From: Candidatus Peribacteria bacterium
Lineage (GTDB): Bacteria > Patescibacteriota > Gracilibacteria > Peribacterales > Peribacteraceae
Assembly: GCA_041691135.1 (NCBI GenBank)
Contig: JBEPVF010000003.1
Coordinates: forward strand, 64,001-128,000
Length of the DNA stretch: 64,000 bases
Direction: 5' to 3'
Shown here piece by piece: positions 17,344 through 27,892 of this stretch. Position 1 is the first letter of the stretch. The number at the start of each line of letters is the position of its first letter. The notes under the pieces are model-generated. The model was not told where the DNA came from. It was given only the letters and a program-made list of their open reading frames with translations, and made no database searches. A program made the translations under genes and the position numbers.

Positions 17344-17468
17344 AAGGTTACCGAGGTGGCAGAAGTGACCGATGTGACCGATGAAGGGAATGCAAAAGAT
17401 TCAGAGGAATACCCTCAAAATCCCTTCTTCTGCCATCTCTGCCCCCTCGGTCACATCGGTCACCTTCT
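17344..17468. repeat. 9-mer tandem inverted-repeat element
   Basis: GTTACCGAG GTGGCAGAA GTGACCGAT GTGACCGAT ... CTCGGTCACATCGGTCAC. Confidence 0.85.
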
Positions 17469-18191
17469 TTAAAGGACGTTTCTTGCAATCTTCATCTGCC
17501 CCTCCTCCGCCAGCTTCTGTTCCTGGCTCGTGGCGGGGTTGTAGATCTGGTAGTACAGCTCGATCAATTCCTGTGTCGTCAGACGATGGCTTTGAAGTCC
17601 GATATTTTCGAGTCCGGCCTGTATCAGGTTCATGCGTTCCTTGAGGATGCGGCTGTTGAAGGCGAAGTCGCGTTCGCGCTGGACGGCTTTGGACATCGAG
17701 TCGTCGGGACTGATCCAGCCGAAGAACTGTTCGACCAGGGTTTTCTTGTGAGCGGCGGCATCCATGGGGATGACGACGAAGAAACGCTTCTGACGGATAT
17801 CGGCCACATCGATCAGCTTCTCCACAAAGTCGGCGTACGAAAGAGTCTGATCTTTCAGGAGTTCATTCGTTTGCGTGCCGCCGATGGTGCGGAGATCGGC
17901 GAGGTACGGATCAATGTTCATCTTGGACGAACGGATGATGATCTGCAGCGGAAAGCTGATTGTGTTCACGAACGATTCGTAGCCGGCGATGATGCCCTGC
18001 TGTTCCGTCTCGCTCTTCAGGCTGAAGTTGAGCGCCTCCACCTGCAACACGGCACGATGGCCGCCGTTCTTCAGAAGCACAGTGTCGTTGCGGATTTCGG
18101 CGATAGGCAGGAAGCGCTGCGTAGAACTCAGCGGACTTTTTTTGCGCTGCTTCACCGTATCCTTGGCCTTTGGTTGCGTCGTCTCGTCCAT
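17469..18191 (-). CDS. TraC/VirB4 N-terminal-like T4SS-associated protein
   Basis: STQRFLPIAEIRND, NFSLKSETEQ, FPLQIII, ELIELYYQIYNP; coupled to prgI. Confidence 0.75.
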   Translation of the reverse strand: MDETTQPKAKDTVKQRKKSPLSSTQRFLPIAEIRNDTVLLKNGGHRAVLQVEALNFSLKSETEQQGIIAGYESFVNTISFPLQIIIRSSKMNIDPYLADLRTIGGTQTNELLKDQTLSYADFVEKLIDVADIRQKRFFVVIPMDAAAHKKTLVEQFFGWISPDDSMSKAVQRERDFAFNSRILKERMNLIQAGLENIGLQSHRLTTQELIELYYQIYNPATSQEQKLAEEGQMKIARNVL

Positions 18192-18838
18192 TAGTCGTGT
18201 TGTGGGAAGATATCTCGAAAGACAGACAAGTCGGATAGCTGCATCGAACCCGCCGGCATGTCGGTCTTGATACGCGTCGGATCAACCGGCAGGGAAATGG
18301 GCTCAGTGGCATTCACTTCATCATTGATCGAAATTTCGGCTGCGGCCGGTTCGGATTCTTTTACTGCCGTCAGCAATGCAGGTGATACCTCCATTGTCGT
18401 GACGCCGCGATCGAGTACAGAACTAAGTTCTTCAATTTTCTTCTGTGTCGTTGCGAGTTCCGGATTCGGTGTCTGATCCGATCCTTGCTTCGAAATAGCG
18501 GCGCTCGTGCGGATGTGGATGGCCAGACCGCGACGTGGGCCATACATGCGCTGGGCAGGTTTGTTCACACGCTCAAGCATCAAGAAGCAGATACGTGCGA
18601 TGGAGAGGTCGTTGATCTTTACCAGTGCGACAATCGCCGATATCAATGCCGGCAACCAGACCAGTACTGTCACCACTATATTCGGCGGACCGCCGTAGGA
18701 TTTTGCAAGACTGGCGTACAGCGCATAACTGAATCCGCCGCCCACGGCGATGATGATGATCTGTCGCAGGGTGAGTGGACCGACAATGCGGTCCTCGATG
18801 TACACGTTCTGCGGGATTTTGACAGGATCGATGGGCAT
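18191..18838 (-). CDS. PrgI family membrane protein
   Basis: IPQNVYIEDRIVGPLTLRQ then two TM segments; start reset to MPIDPV. Confidence 0.85.
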   Translation of the reverse strand: MPIDPVKIPQNVYIEDRIVGPLTLRQIIIIAVGGGFSYALYASLAKSYGGPPNIVVTVLVWLPALISAIVALVKINDLSIARICFLMLERVNKPAQRMYGPRRGLAIHIRTSAAISKQGSDQTPNPELATTQKKIEELSSVLDRGVTTMEVSPALLTAVKESEPAAAEISINDEVNATEPISLPVDPTRIKTDMPAGSMQLSDLSVFRDIFPQHD

Positions 18839-18899
18839 GAGTGTTTGTTGATTGAATCTCTCTATTATAGCCTTTTTTGAGCTTTTTCTCAATAACGAG

Positions 18900-19071
18900 A
18901 AGAAACCGACGGCTGCGAGGGAACCGATGAAACCGAGGATGAGAAATTTTGATTCAAATTCACTTTTTAAGCCATTTTTAAATATTTCTAGTATCGGCTG
19001 TCTGTCAGTCATTTACTAAAAGAAACCGATGATCATCGGTTTCTTTGGTTCCATCGGTTGCCTCGGTTCCG
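18900..19071. repeat. 9-mer tandem inverted-repeat element
   Basis: GAAACCGAn/GGAACCGAT units and inverted arm. Confidence 0.75.
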
Positions 19072-21678
19072 TCAGGCCGTAGCCATTTCTTCCTCTTTCT
19101 GCGGAGCAGCGAGCAGCGGTTTCTTATCGCCGGGCAGGAAATCGAAGTGGCCTTTGTCCTTCTTGACGATCTTGATGGTGTCGCCGTCTTGGAAGATGCC
19201 ACGGAGAATGTGTTCGGCTATTTCGGATTCGATCAGATCCTGGATCACGCGGCGGACGGGACGTGCGCCGTACTCGGGGTCGAATCCTTCCTCGGCCAGC
19301 AGGTTGATCACCTTCTGATCGTACTCAAGGTTGTAGCCCTGATCCTGCAAACGCTTCTCGAGTTCATCGATATGGATCTTCACGATCTTGCGGATGTGCT
19401 GTTGGTTCAGCGCATTGAAGACGATGATGTGGTCGACGCGGTTGAGGAACTCGGGACGGAGATTGTCTTTCAGTTCGCCGATCACTTCCGCGCACTTCTC
19501 TTCGTACGCGTGCTCTTCGGCCTGTGCTTCCTCGTGTAACTTGAAGCCGATCTTGGCGGCCTGCTTGGTCAATTTTTCGGCGCCGATGTTGCTGGTCATC
19601 ACGATGATCGTATTGGTGAAGTCGACCGTCTTGCCCGTGCCGTCCGTCAACTGACCGTCTTCCAGAATTTGGAGCAGGAGATTGAAGAATTCGGGGTGAG
19701 CCTTCTCGATTTCGTCGAACAGGATCACCGAGTACGGCTTGCGGCGGACCGACTCGGTCAGCTGGCCGCCTTCTTCGTAGCCGACGTAACCGGCGGTGGT
19801 GCCGATCAGGCGCGACACGTTGTGGCGTTCCATGAACTCGGACATGTCGATCTTGATCAGTGCATCTTCGCGGTTGAAGACTTCTTTGGCGATGGTGCGG
19901 ACGAGTTCGGTCTTGCCGACGCCGGTGGGTCCGAGGAAGAGAAACGAGCCGATCGGACGGCGTGAGTCGCCGATGCCGACGCGGCTGCGGCGGATGGCGC
20001 GGGCCACCTTCTTGATCGCTTCGTCCTGTCCCACGATGCTCTTGCGCAGTACGACTTCCAGATTAGTCAGGCGCTTGGCTTCCGATTTGAGCAGTTTCGT
20101 TACCGGAATGCCGGTCATGCGGCCGATCACGTTGGCGATATCATCGTCAGTGATCGACAGGGGAGTGCGGCGATCGCCGTCGGCAGATGACTTCATCTTC
20201 TCGATGTCTTCCTTCAATGTCTGTTGTTCCTGCTTCAGGCGCAGGGCCAGATGGTATTTCTGCTCCTTCACGGCCTGTTGCTGCTTGGCGAGCAGCGTTT
20301 CCATCTTTCCTTCCATCTTCTTCAGTTCCGGTGATCCGCCTGAGTGCTGGAGACTTTTGCCGGCGGCTGCTTCGTCGATCACATCGATCGCTTTGTCCGG
20401 CAGATAGCGTTCGGTGATGTAGCGCTTGCCGAGCGTCACAGCCGCCTCAATCGCCTCGTCGGTGATGGAGAGGTGGTGGAACTGCTCAAAGCTCTCGCGG
20501 ATGCCATGCAGGATCTTGATGGCATCTTCCACGCTTGGTTCGTTGACCATGATCGACTGGAACCGGCGCTCGAGAGCACGATCTTTTTCCACCGTGCGGA
20601 ATTCGTCCACCGTGGTGGCACCGATCACGCGCAAAGCACCGCGACTGAGCGCAGGCTTGAGAATATTGGCGGCATCCAGCGATCCTTCGGCTGAGCCGGC
20701 ACCGACGACGGTGTGAATCTCGTCGATGAACAGAATGATTTCGTTGTCGCTCTTAGCTGCTTCTTTAATGATGTCATCGAAGCGTTGCTCAAACTCGCCA
20801 CGGTACTTGGTACCGGCGACCAGTGATCCCATGTTGAGGACGAGTAGTCGCTTGCCGCGCAGGGAATCGGGGACCGTGCCGGCGACGATGCGCTGCGCAA
20901 GGCCTTCGACGATGGCCGTCTTGCCGACGCCCGGTTCGCCGATGAGCACCGGATTGTTCTTGGTCTTGCGGTTCAGGATGCGGATCAGACGCTCGATCTC
21001 TTCGTCGCGGCCGATGATCGGATCGATCTTCTTCTCTTTTACTTTGGCGATCAGGTCATCCGTAAAATAATCCAGCACGGGTGTCTTGCTCTTGCTGTCG
21101 CCCTTCTTGCGCTTGAGGCCTTCGGGCTCGGCGGCACCCTGCTGATTCTGCATGTTGCCGACAATCACTCCCTGCAGGCCGCTGAAGAATGCCTCAAGCG
21201 ATTGCTCGAGGTTGCGGTTCTGCTGTTTGAACTGACTGATCTGACCGAACATTTCCTCCACGCGCAGGCGGAGGTCTTCGGGATCGACCTGCATATTTTC
21301 CAGGATCAAGGTGGCCGCATTCTTTCCGGTTGATACCAGCGAGTGGAGCAAGTGCTCGGTTCCCACGTTCGCGTGGCGGAACTTATGTGCCGTCACGACG
21401 CTCTGTTCAATCACCGTATGCAAATAAGTCGACAGACCGTGCTTCACATGTTCGCCCTCGATGGCGGTCGTCTTCATCGCCTTCATCAGAATACGGACGT
21501 TCTCTTGGGTTACACCGGCTCCCGTGAATATGGAGAAGCCGAGTGATTTTGGAATGCTGAGTAATCCGAGCAGCAAGTGCTCAGTGCCAATGTACGAACT
21601 CTTGAGATTCTTCGCCTCCTGCTCGGCGATCTGCAGCGCGAGCTTGGCATTGGGTGTGAAACGATCGAACGGGTGCAT
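19072..21678 (-). CDS. clpC: ATP-dependent Clp protease ATP-binding subunit ClpC
   Basis: Clp N repeats, two Walker A motifs ([16 protein letters not shown]), UVR-like middle coil, YGARP. Confidence 0.95.
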   Translation of the reverse strand: MHPFDRFTPNAKLALQIAEQEAKNLKSSYIGTEHLLLGLLSIPKSLGFSIFTGAGVTQENVRILMKAMKTTAIEGEHVKHGLSTYLHTVIEQSVVTAHKFRHANVGTEHLLHSLVSTGKNAATLILENMQVDPEDLRLRVEEMFGQISQFKQQNRNLEQSLEAFFSGLQGVIVGNMQNQQGAAEPEGLKRKKGDSKSKTPVLDYFTDDLIAKVKEKKIDPIIGRDEEIERLIRILNRKTKNNPVLIGEPGVGKTAIVEGLAQRIVAGTVPDSLRGKRLLVLNMGSLVAGTKYRGEFEQRFDDIIKEAAKSDNEIILFIDEIHTVVGAGSAEGSLDAANILKPALSRGALRVIGATTVDEFRTVEKDRALERRFQSIMVNEPSVEDAIKILHGIRESFEQFHHLSITDEAIEAAVTLGKRYITERYLPDKAIDVIDEAAAGKSLQHSGGSPELKKMEGKMETLLAKQQQAVKEQKYHLALRLKQEQQTLKEDIEKMKSSADGDRRTPLSITDDDIANVIGRMTGIPVTKLLKSEAKRLTNLEVVLRKSIVGQDEAIKKVARAIRRSRVGIGDSRRPIGSFLFLGPTGVGKTELVRTIAKEVFNREDALIKIDMSEFMERHNVSRLIGTTAGYVGYEEGGQLTESVRRKPYSVILFDEIEKAHPEFFNLLLQILEDGQLTDGTGKTVDFTNTIIVMTSNIGAEKLTKQAAKIGFKLHEEAQAEEHAYEEKCAEVIGELKDNLRPEFLNRVDHIIVFNALNQQHIRKIVKIHIDELEKRLQDQGYNLEYDQKVINLLAEEGFDPEYGARPVRRVIQDLIESEIAEHILRGIFQDGDTIKIVKKDKGHFDFLPGDKKPLLAAPQKEEEMATA

Positions 21679-21704
21679 GAGAGATAAGGGTAATGAATGA
21701 CTCC

Positions 21705-21731
21705 TTATCAGTCTATCAACGTGAGTGATAA
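21705..21731 (-). promoter_or_regulatory. CIRCE-like (HrcA) operator overlapping the clpC promoter
   Basis: TTATCACTC-N9-GACTGATAA versus consensus TTAGCACTC-N9-GAGTGCTAA; lies within TCGACA-N17-TAGACT. Confidence 0.65.
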
Positions 21732-21885
21732 CTGTCGAAAGGAATCTTTAGATTTTAACTGATGTATTTTAAAAGTGAAGAGACGCACACCTTCTAATTA
21801 TGGTTTTATGAATAAATGTTAGGTAACAATGACAAGAATACTTTTCATTCTTCTCATAAAAGAAGTGCATCGTTGCTTTCGACCT

Positions 21886-23133
21886 TTACCTCTTCGTCCG
21901 CATCTCGCGCAGATCTTCCAGGAAAATAGAGATGATGGAGGTCACCGGGACGGATAGCATCACGCCCAAGATCGGATGGATGAGCGTGGGGAAGCTGATG
22001 CCGACCATGATAGCGAACAGGATGGCGATGGGTGACAGGCCGACGGCGCGCTTCATAATCAGCGGAACGAGCAGGTTGTTCTCGCACCACTGGATGACGT
22101 AGTAGACGACGGCAACGACCACTCCCCACAGCAATCCTTTGGCGGTCACGGCGATGAGGACAGAAGGGATGGCGGCGATCAGCGGACCGACAACGGGGAT
22201 GAATTCGGTGAAGCCGGCGAGTATCGCGAGAGTGAGCGCGTACGGCATTCCCAGGATCCACAAGGCGATGAACACGAGGATGGCGATGGACAGACATAAC
22301 AGCAGTTGTCCGCGCGCCCATTGCGCCAGTTTGTAGTGGATCATCTCGGACTTATCGTCGACGTAGGAGCGGTAATGCATCGACAGGAACCCGCGCAGCC
22401 AACTGATAATTTTCTCTTTCTCCAGCTGCAAAAAGAAGGCGAGTACGAAGACGGTGATGGCCTGGAGTACAAAGTTGACCAGCGAACCGGCGATCTGAGC
22501 CGCGAAGATGAGCGAACCCTGGGCGGCGGTGTTCAGGTTCTGGCCAAACTGGGTCAGGGCATCCGTGATTTTCGTGATGTTCAGATTCTGCAACGTCGAT
22601 TGGACGAAGACAGTCAATCGCGTGTTCACGTCGCTCGTCAGGAACGGGAAGTGCACCTCGGGGTTCTTGAGGAATACATTGGTCTGATCGTTGATCAACA
22701 CCGCAATCTGCTGAATCTGTTCGGCGATGATCGGGATCAGCGATACGAGCAGGAAAACGATGAGAAACAGGGCGATGAAGTAATCCAACAGCACTGCAAT
22801 AATCCTTGGAATGCCCCAGCGCTGCATGGTCTGTACGCTGGGATCAATAATGGTGGCGATGAAGATGCCGAGCAGCAGCAGGATGATCTTGTCGGCGAGC
22901 ATGTATAGCATGATCACACCGATGCCCACGGCCAGAATGGCGAGTGTGGCTTTGACGATGCTGCCGATAGACAAATGAACCAGAATTTCATCCTGTTTTG
23001 CCGGAGGCGGGAGTTTAACGCCCTGCTTCATCGGATGGCTCTCGTTCATCTGCTTTGCTTTGGCCAGCAACTTTTGCGCTTTCTCGCCGATGATACGCAG
23101 CGATGTGAACGATGGTTTGACGGGTTTTTTCAT
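21886..23133 (-). CDS. AI-2E family transporter
   Basis: WARGQLL, AGFTEFIPVVGP, ENNLLVPLIM..AVGLSP. Confidence 0.93.
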   Translation of the reverse strand: MKKPVKPSFTSLRIIGEKAQKLLAKAKQMNESHPMKQGVKLPPPAKQDEILVHLSIGSIVKATLAILAVGIGVIMLYMLADKIILLLLGIFIATIIDPSVQTMQRWGIPRIIAVLLDYFIALFLIVFLLVSLIPIIAEQIQQIAVLINDQTNVFLKNPEVHFPFLTSDVNTRLTVFVQSTLQNLNITKITDALTQFGQNLNTAAQGSLIFAAQIAGSLVNFVLQAITVFVLAFFLQLEKEKIISWLRGFLSMHYRSYVDDKSEMIHYKLAQWARGQLLLCLSIAILVFIALWILGMPYALTLAILAGFTEFIPVVGPLIAAIPSVLIAVTAKGLLWGVVVAVVYYVIQWCENNLLVPLIMKRAVGLSPIAILFAIMVGISFPTLIHPILGVMLSVPVTSIISIFLEDLREMRTKR

Positions 23134-23525
23134 GAGGCGGGAGTAGCGGGAGTGGTGAGAGCGAGAAGAGCGGTATCGATAATGGCGAAGGCAAACACAG
23201 AGACGGCCAATCCCAGCAGAGCGTACAAGATGCGCATGCGCGGACCAGACGTATCACCCCCCTGCAATCCGCCGAAGGCGATCTGATAGCCCGAATAGAT
23301 GATCTCGGTCAGGGCGATACCGGCGGCAAAACCGAACAGGATTTTCATGAGCATTCCAATATAGATCGGCACGCAGTGGAAGCCGAACTCGCCGGTGATG
23401 AAGTTGCAGCCCGGGGCAAGCAGGCCGTTCTCCGGAATTAGATTAGGGTTTTGTGCCATGGCAATGGCTGGAATCATCACCAGGAGCCCGACGGAAAAAC
23501 GACTGCGCAGCTGCATCGCCTCCAT
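23130..23525 (-). CDS. VirB2/TrbC-like pilin
   Basis: Signal peptide, two hydrophobic helices, IIYSGY...RILYALLGL. Confidence 0.7.
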   Translation of the reverse strand: MEAMQLRSRFSVGLLVMIPAIAMAQNPNLIPENGLLAPGCNFITGEFGFHCVPIYIGMLMKILFGFAAGIALTEIIYSGYQIAFGGLQGGDTSGPRMRILYALLGLAVSVFAFAIIDTALLALTTPATPAS

Positions 23526-23558
23526 TCTGGCTAATAGATGCCGAATGGCCTATTGCGT

Positions 23559-23636
23559 AATTGTTAAATTGTTCAATTGTTAGGTAACATCTGTACAGAT
23601 CGCTTGCGAATACCTGAACAATTTAGCAATGTAGCA
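23559..23636. repeat. 8-mer tandem inverted repeat
   Basis: AATTGTTA AATTGTTC AATTGTTA ... AACAATTT AGCAATGT AGCA. Confidence 0.6.
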
Positions 23637-23639
23637 CTG

Positions 23640-24635
23640 ATGACCTCCTTCAACTGGCAAACCACCCGTCGGCCGATCCTCGCACTTGCCCCCATGGCAG
23701 GTGTCACTGATGCGTCATACCGCCAGCTGATCAAGAGTATTGCGCCGACGACCATTGTCTACACCGAATTTCTCAGTACCGATGCCATCGCGTACGGTGC
23801 CAAAAAGACCATCAGCATGCTGCATTTCAATGCGGAGCTCGAGTGCCCCTTTATTGTGCAAGTGTTTGGCAAGGATCCGGATCATTTCCTGGAGGCGGCC
23901 AAAGTCATCGAACAGATGGGAGCCGATGGCATCGATATCAATATGGGATGCCCGGCGGCGAAAGTGGTGTCGTCGTGCCATGGATCGGCATTGCTCAAGG
24001 ATCCGAAGTTGGCGGCGGAGCTGGTGCATGCGACCAAGAAGGCCGTCTCCATTCCGGTGAGCGTGAAGACACGCCTCGGATGGGATGCTAAAGAAGCACT
24101 CATCCCGTTCTGCCAGGGACTGATTGAAGCAGGTGCCGAAGCACTCGCCATTCATGGCCGGCGTTATTGCGATAAATTCGGCGGCAAAGCGGATTGGGAT
24201 CCGATTTATGCGCTCAAGAACGCGGTCTCCGTTCCGGTCATCGGCAACGGCGATATTTTTACGGCAGCTGACGCGATCGAGAAGATCAGAAACCTGGACG
24301 GTGTGATGGTGGGGCGGGGGACCTTTGGAAACCCGTGGGTGATGGGGGATATTGAGAAAGCATTTGAAACTTTGGGGACGGATGATCAGAGACCGGTTAT
24401 CAGTGATCAGATTGCTGCGCCGACGGTGGCTTCTTTGAAATTCGAAGAGAAAATTCCATTCATTTTGATGCATTGTGAACTGGCCGTGTCGCAGAAGGGC
24501 GAGAAGCGGGGCATGCTCGAGATGCGCAGGCATTTGTCGAGTTATGTCAAAGGATTCGACGGTGCGCGCGAGATGCGCGATAAATTGGTGCGGGTGGAGA
24601 CTCTGGCAGAAGCAAAAACTATTCTAGTTGCTTAA
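23640..24635 (+). CDS. dusB: tRNA-dihydrouridine synthase (DusB-type)
   Basis: LAPMAGVTD, DINMGCP, SVKTRLGW, IGNGDI, GVMVGRG. Confidence 0.93.
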   Translation: MTSFNWQTTRRPILALAPMAGVTDASYRQLIKSIAPTTIVYTEFLSTDAIAYGAKKTISMLHFNAELECPFIVQVFGKDPDHFLEAAKVIEQMGADGIDINMGCPAAKVVSSCHGSALLKDPKLAAELVHATKKAVSIPVSVKTRLGWDAKEALIPFCQGLIEAGAEALAIHGRRYCDKFGGKADWDPIYALKNAVSVPVIGNGDIFTAADAIEKIRNLDGVMVGRGTFGNPWVMGDIEKAFETLGTDDQRPVISDQIAAPTVASLKFEEKIPFILMHCELAVSQKGEKRGMLEMRRHLSSYVKGFDGAREMRDKLVRVETLAEAKTILVA

Positions 24636-24785
24636 AGAGCGCCGTCTCACAGCGCAATGCGGAGACCTAAGTTATTTCGAAGTTTCTTCCATTTTCATCA
24701 GTATGGCGCTATCGCTTTCTGCGCGGCTTCTACAAGAAAGCATATGCATCGCCGGCGTGTACCGCCCAATAGGTGTTTGTACTTA

Positions 24786-24810
24786 AAAGGGCATCGTGAC
24801 GATGCCCTTT
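24786..24810. terminator. Bidirectional terminator between dus and rplA
   Basis: AAAGGGCATCG-TGA-CGATGCCCTTT. Confidence 0.85.
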
Positions 24811-24830
24811 ATTTACGTCTATAAAATTGC

Positions 24831-25532
24831 TTAGAATTCCACCTTCAGGGCTGGGCCCATGGTGGGCGAGACGGACACGCTCTTGATGTATTCGCCTTTG
24901 ATGCCGCTGGGCTTGGCTTCGTTGATGGCCTGCATCAGCATCGTCAAGTTCTCTTCCAATTTTTTGCCGCCGAACGAGATCTTACCGAAGATCACGTGGA
25001 TGATGCCTTGCTTGTCCATACGGACTTCGATGCGTCCTTTCTTCAGCTCATCGATCGTCTTGGCGATCTTGTCGGTTACTGTGCCGGCTTTGGGCGATGG
25101 CATCAGTCCTTTTTGTCCAAGAGTCTTGGCCACTTTTCCCAGGTCTTTCATCACTTTGGGACTGGCAACCGCGACGTCAAAATCGATCTTGCCTTCCTCG
25201 ATCTGCTTGATCAGATCTTCGTTGCCCGCCAGATCCGCGCCTGCTTTTTTGGCGGCATCGATCTGGTCGTCAGGGACGAACGCAGCGATACGGATAGTTT
25301 TGCCGGTGCCGTGTGGCAGGGCAACTGTCGTACGAATAAGCTGATCGGCCTGGGTGGTATCGGCGTTGATGCGGATGTGCACCTCGGCGCTGCCGTCGAA
25401 CGAACTGACGCTCAGTTTCGTCAATAATTCCGTTGCTTCGGCAATCGGATAACTGGGCTTCGTGACGAGCGCCTTGCGCTCAGCGTACTTTTTGCCTTTC
25501 TTCCGCGCGAGCGGGCTTGTTTTACCGGACAT
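24831..25532 (-). CDS. rplA: 50S ribosomal protein L1
   Basis: LPHGTGK, LGQKGLMPSPKAGTVT, PTMGP. Confidence 0.97.
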   Translation of the reverse strand: MSGKTSPLARKKGKKYAERKALVTKPSYPIAEATELLTKLSVSSFDGSAEVHIRINADTTQADQLIRTTVALPHGTGKTIRIAAFVPDDQIDAAKKAGADLAGNEDLIKQIEEGKIDFDVAVASPKVMKDLGKVAKTLGQKGLMPSPKAGTVTDKIAKTIDELKKGRIEVRMDKQGIIHVIFGKISFGGKKLEENLTMLMQAINEAKPSGIKGEYIKSVSVSPTMGPALKVEF

Positions 25533-25547
25533 GATGATAAGGGGGAA

Positions 25548-25633
25548 CGTGGTAGAAATCAGCGAAGTGCTGAGTATGGGCGCCCGGATGAGGCTGACAA
25601 ATGTCACCCTAAACTTGTCGAAGGGCTCCCACG
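25548..25633 (-). promoter_or_regulatory. Candidate L1 autoregulatory leader
   Basis: CGTGGGAG...CTACCACG directly upstream of rplA. Confidence 0.5.
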
Positions 25634-25679
25634 AACCGGGATGATTGTGCAGATAAAGGAGGACGTGCGCAAGGCCTCC

Positions 25680-26498
25680 CTATGCCTTTTTCTTCTTGGC
25701 AGCTGGCTTTTTCTTGGCACTGGAAGCCTTTTCGTCCGCTTTGGGTGGAGTCAGATTAGAACCCGTCGTAGCCGAGAAAGATTCAGCTGGTTTGGCCGCA
25801 GCGACCATAGAGGCCGTGGTCAGGACTTTACCGGGGATAATCGGCTTTGATGGTGATGGGACCGGATCGGGTGGTGTTGCCCGGGCGATCATCGCGGCAG
25901 CGGGCGTGGGTGCAGGGCGAGGAACAGGTACTTTTTGCGGACTGAGGCCCAGAGTGTCCAAGCGGGTGCAGTACGACAGGATCAATCCGTAGACCAGAAT
26001 AATGACCGGCATGATCCACCAGCCGGGTGTAATGCTGGCAACGCCGAAGAGCATGCTCAACAGTAGCGTGAGACAACCGAAGAGGGTGGCGACGAAGCCG
26101 ATAATCTTGAACGTGAAGAAGTAGATGGCGTAGGGGATGGCGCGAGACGGTTCATCGATAGTGCGAGCCAGGTGTTCATGCATTAAGAAAATCAGACCGC
26201 CGACGGCGAACACAATCAGAAGACCCAAATAGGTATTGGTGGAAAACGCCGCCGCACCGACGACCTGACTGGAGAGGACGGAGAAGAGCGAAGGCAGCGC
26301 GCCCATGCTCATCATGATGATGCCCAGGCCCTGCATCAGAAAACTGTAGATCGCTTTTCCGACCGACAACGATCGTGCGCCCGCTGTCAAAATACTGGGG
26401 ATAAACAAGAAGGCGAGCAGCTGCAGCAGAAGGATCGGCAAGATCAAGGCGTAGAGAAGGCCGATCGTTCCAATCGACAAGAAGGGATCACTGATCAT
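25680..26498 (-). CDS. Multi-pass membrane protein with Pro/Ala/Lys-rich tail
   Basis: About 5 TM segments; lies between rplK and rplA. Confidence 0.75.
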   Translation of the reverse strand: MISDPFLSIGTIGLLYALILPILLLQLLAFLFIPSILTAGARSLSVGKAIYSFLMQGLGIIMMSMGALPSLFSVLSSQVVGAAAFSTNTYLGLLIVFAVGGLIFLMHEHLARTIDEPSRAIPYAIYFFTFKIIGFVATLFGCLTLLLSMLFGVASITPGWWIMPVIILVYGLILSYCTRLDTLGLSPQKVPVPRPAPTPAAAMIARATPPDPVPSPSKPIIPGKVLTTASMVAAAKPAESFSATTGSNLTPPKADEKASSAKKKPAAKKKKA

Positions 26499-26631
26499 TC
26501 GTAAAAGCGGAAAGGTCGTTGAAAAGTCTACTCATGATGATGAAATGGTGCACGATAAATGCGTTGCGCATGTGAAAAGAAGTGATCAGAAGACAGTGGT
26601 CAGTGTATCTCTGACTACCTGACTTTCATGT

Positions 26632-27054
26632 TTACTCAACCGTCACTCCCATGCTTCTGGCTGTTCCCATCACGGTTGCCATAGCTCCTTCCAGATCGTT
26701 GGCGTTCAAGTCCGGCATCTTGATCGTGGCAATTTCTTCCACCTGCTTCTTCGTGATCTTGCCGACTTTTTTCTTGTTCGGTTCGCCGCTGCCGCTCTCG
26801 ATCTTGGCTGCTTCCTTGATCATGGCCGATACGGCCGGCTGCTTTACCTTAAAGGAGAAGCTGCGATCGTCGTAGACCGTAATCACGACCGGAAGCATCT
26901 TGCCCATGCGATCCTTGGTTTTGTCATTAAACTGCGTGCAGAATCCACTGATATCCACGCCGGCCTGACCGAGCGCCGGTCCGAGAGGAGGAGCGGGATT
27001 CGCCTGGCCGCCACGGGCCATTACTTTGATGACTTTCTTGATCACTTTTGGCAT
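26632..27054 (-). CDS. rplK: 50S ribosomal protein L11
   Basis: [27 protein letters not shown]. Confidence 0.98.
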   Translation of the reverse strand: MPKVIKKVIKVMARGGQANPAPPLGPALGQAGVDISGFCTQFNDKTKDRMGKMLPVVITVYDDRSFSFKVKQPAVSAMIKEAAKIESGSGEPNKKKVGKITKKQVEEIATIKMPDLNANDLEGAMATVMGTARSMGVTVE

Positions 27055-27127
27055 AGCCGGGGCACTGTATAAGAGACAGTAGGCGTTGACAAGGGCGAAT
27101 AAGGCCTTAAAGGCAGTTTTTAAGGAG

Positions 27128-27216
27128 AGGCCAGAAACCAGATACCAAATACCAGAAGCCGGGAATCCAGATCGTACGAGAATTGCTCATTGGACTTTGG
27201 TATCTGGTTTCTGGCC
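27128..27216. repeat. 7-mer tandem inverted repeat
   Basis: CCAGAAA CCAGATA CCAAATA CCAGAAG ... TGGTATC TGGTTTC TGG. Confidence 0.75.
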
Positions 27217-27218
27217 CT

Positions 27219-27806
27219 TTACATTGATAATGCTTCCATCAACCCCTGTACGTCCATTTCTTTTCCCGGAGCCACATGGAACTCGTACAGCCGATCCTGG
27301 ACGCGCATCAGGATGATTTTTTCGTCGCTGATCTGTGGATCGAGGAAGCTGAGCACATCGCGTACCGGTTTACCTGGATCAGCCACCCGGTCGTCGTGCA
27401 GATCGCGCACGCCAGGCGAGAAGGATTTGAGGAGAGCCGTGCGCATGGCATTGAAATACTCCTTCACATTGGCGGACTGCGTCCACGAAAAGAGAGCCAC
27501 GCGATCGTTGTCCTTGAGCAGGACATAGGTCTGTACCGTGGCAGGATCAGTGATGATGCGCGACAAAAGACTGCCATTACCCGTTCCGTCGCTGGTGGGA
27601 GTCAGGTGTTGTGATTGCAAAATCCCGGTCACATCAGGTCCGGTATGGATATCGACCCCTGATGACGCATCATTCCCGTTACTATGCGGTTGCAATGCCA
27701 TCACCGCGCCGACATCGCTTGGCAGGAGTAGTGCATCGAGGGTGCCCAATGTTCCCAGTGCGCCGATGAACACAACAGTGACGAAAATCTTCCAGACGCG
27801 AGGCAT
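27219..27806 (-). CDS. Secreted or membrane-anchored hypothetical protein
   Basis: N-terminal hydrophobic helix; start set at MPRVWK. Confidence 0.7.
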   Translation of the reverse strand: MPRVWKIFVTVVFIGALGTLGTLDALLLPSDVGAVMALQPHSNGNDASSGVDIHTGPDVTGILQSQHLTPTSDGTGNGSLLSRIITDPATVQTYVLLKDNDRVALFSWTQSANVKEYFNAMRTALLKSFSPGVRDLHDDRVADPGKPVRDVLSFLDPQISDEKIILMRVQDRLYEFHVAPGKEMDVQGLMEALSM

Positions 27807-27892
27807 ACCCCGAGTGTAGCGGAACAGGAGTCGTGCTGGAATTTTCTTCATTCTTCTCTTGTCGTTCAGTCTCTCTGCTATCATTCCTTCCT

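Noticed and set aside
18839-19012. N-terminal extension of prgI
   Set aside because: Translates repeat-derived intergenic DNA; the PrgI motif begins at MPIDPV.
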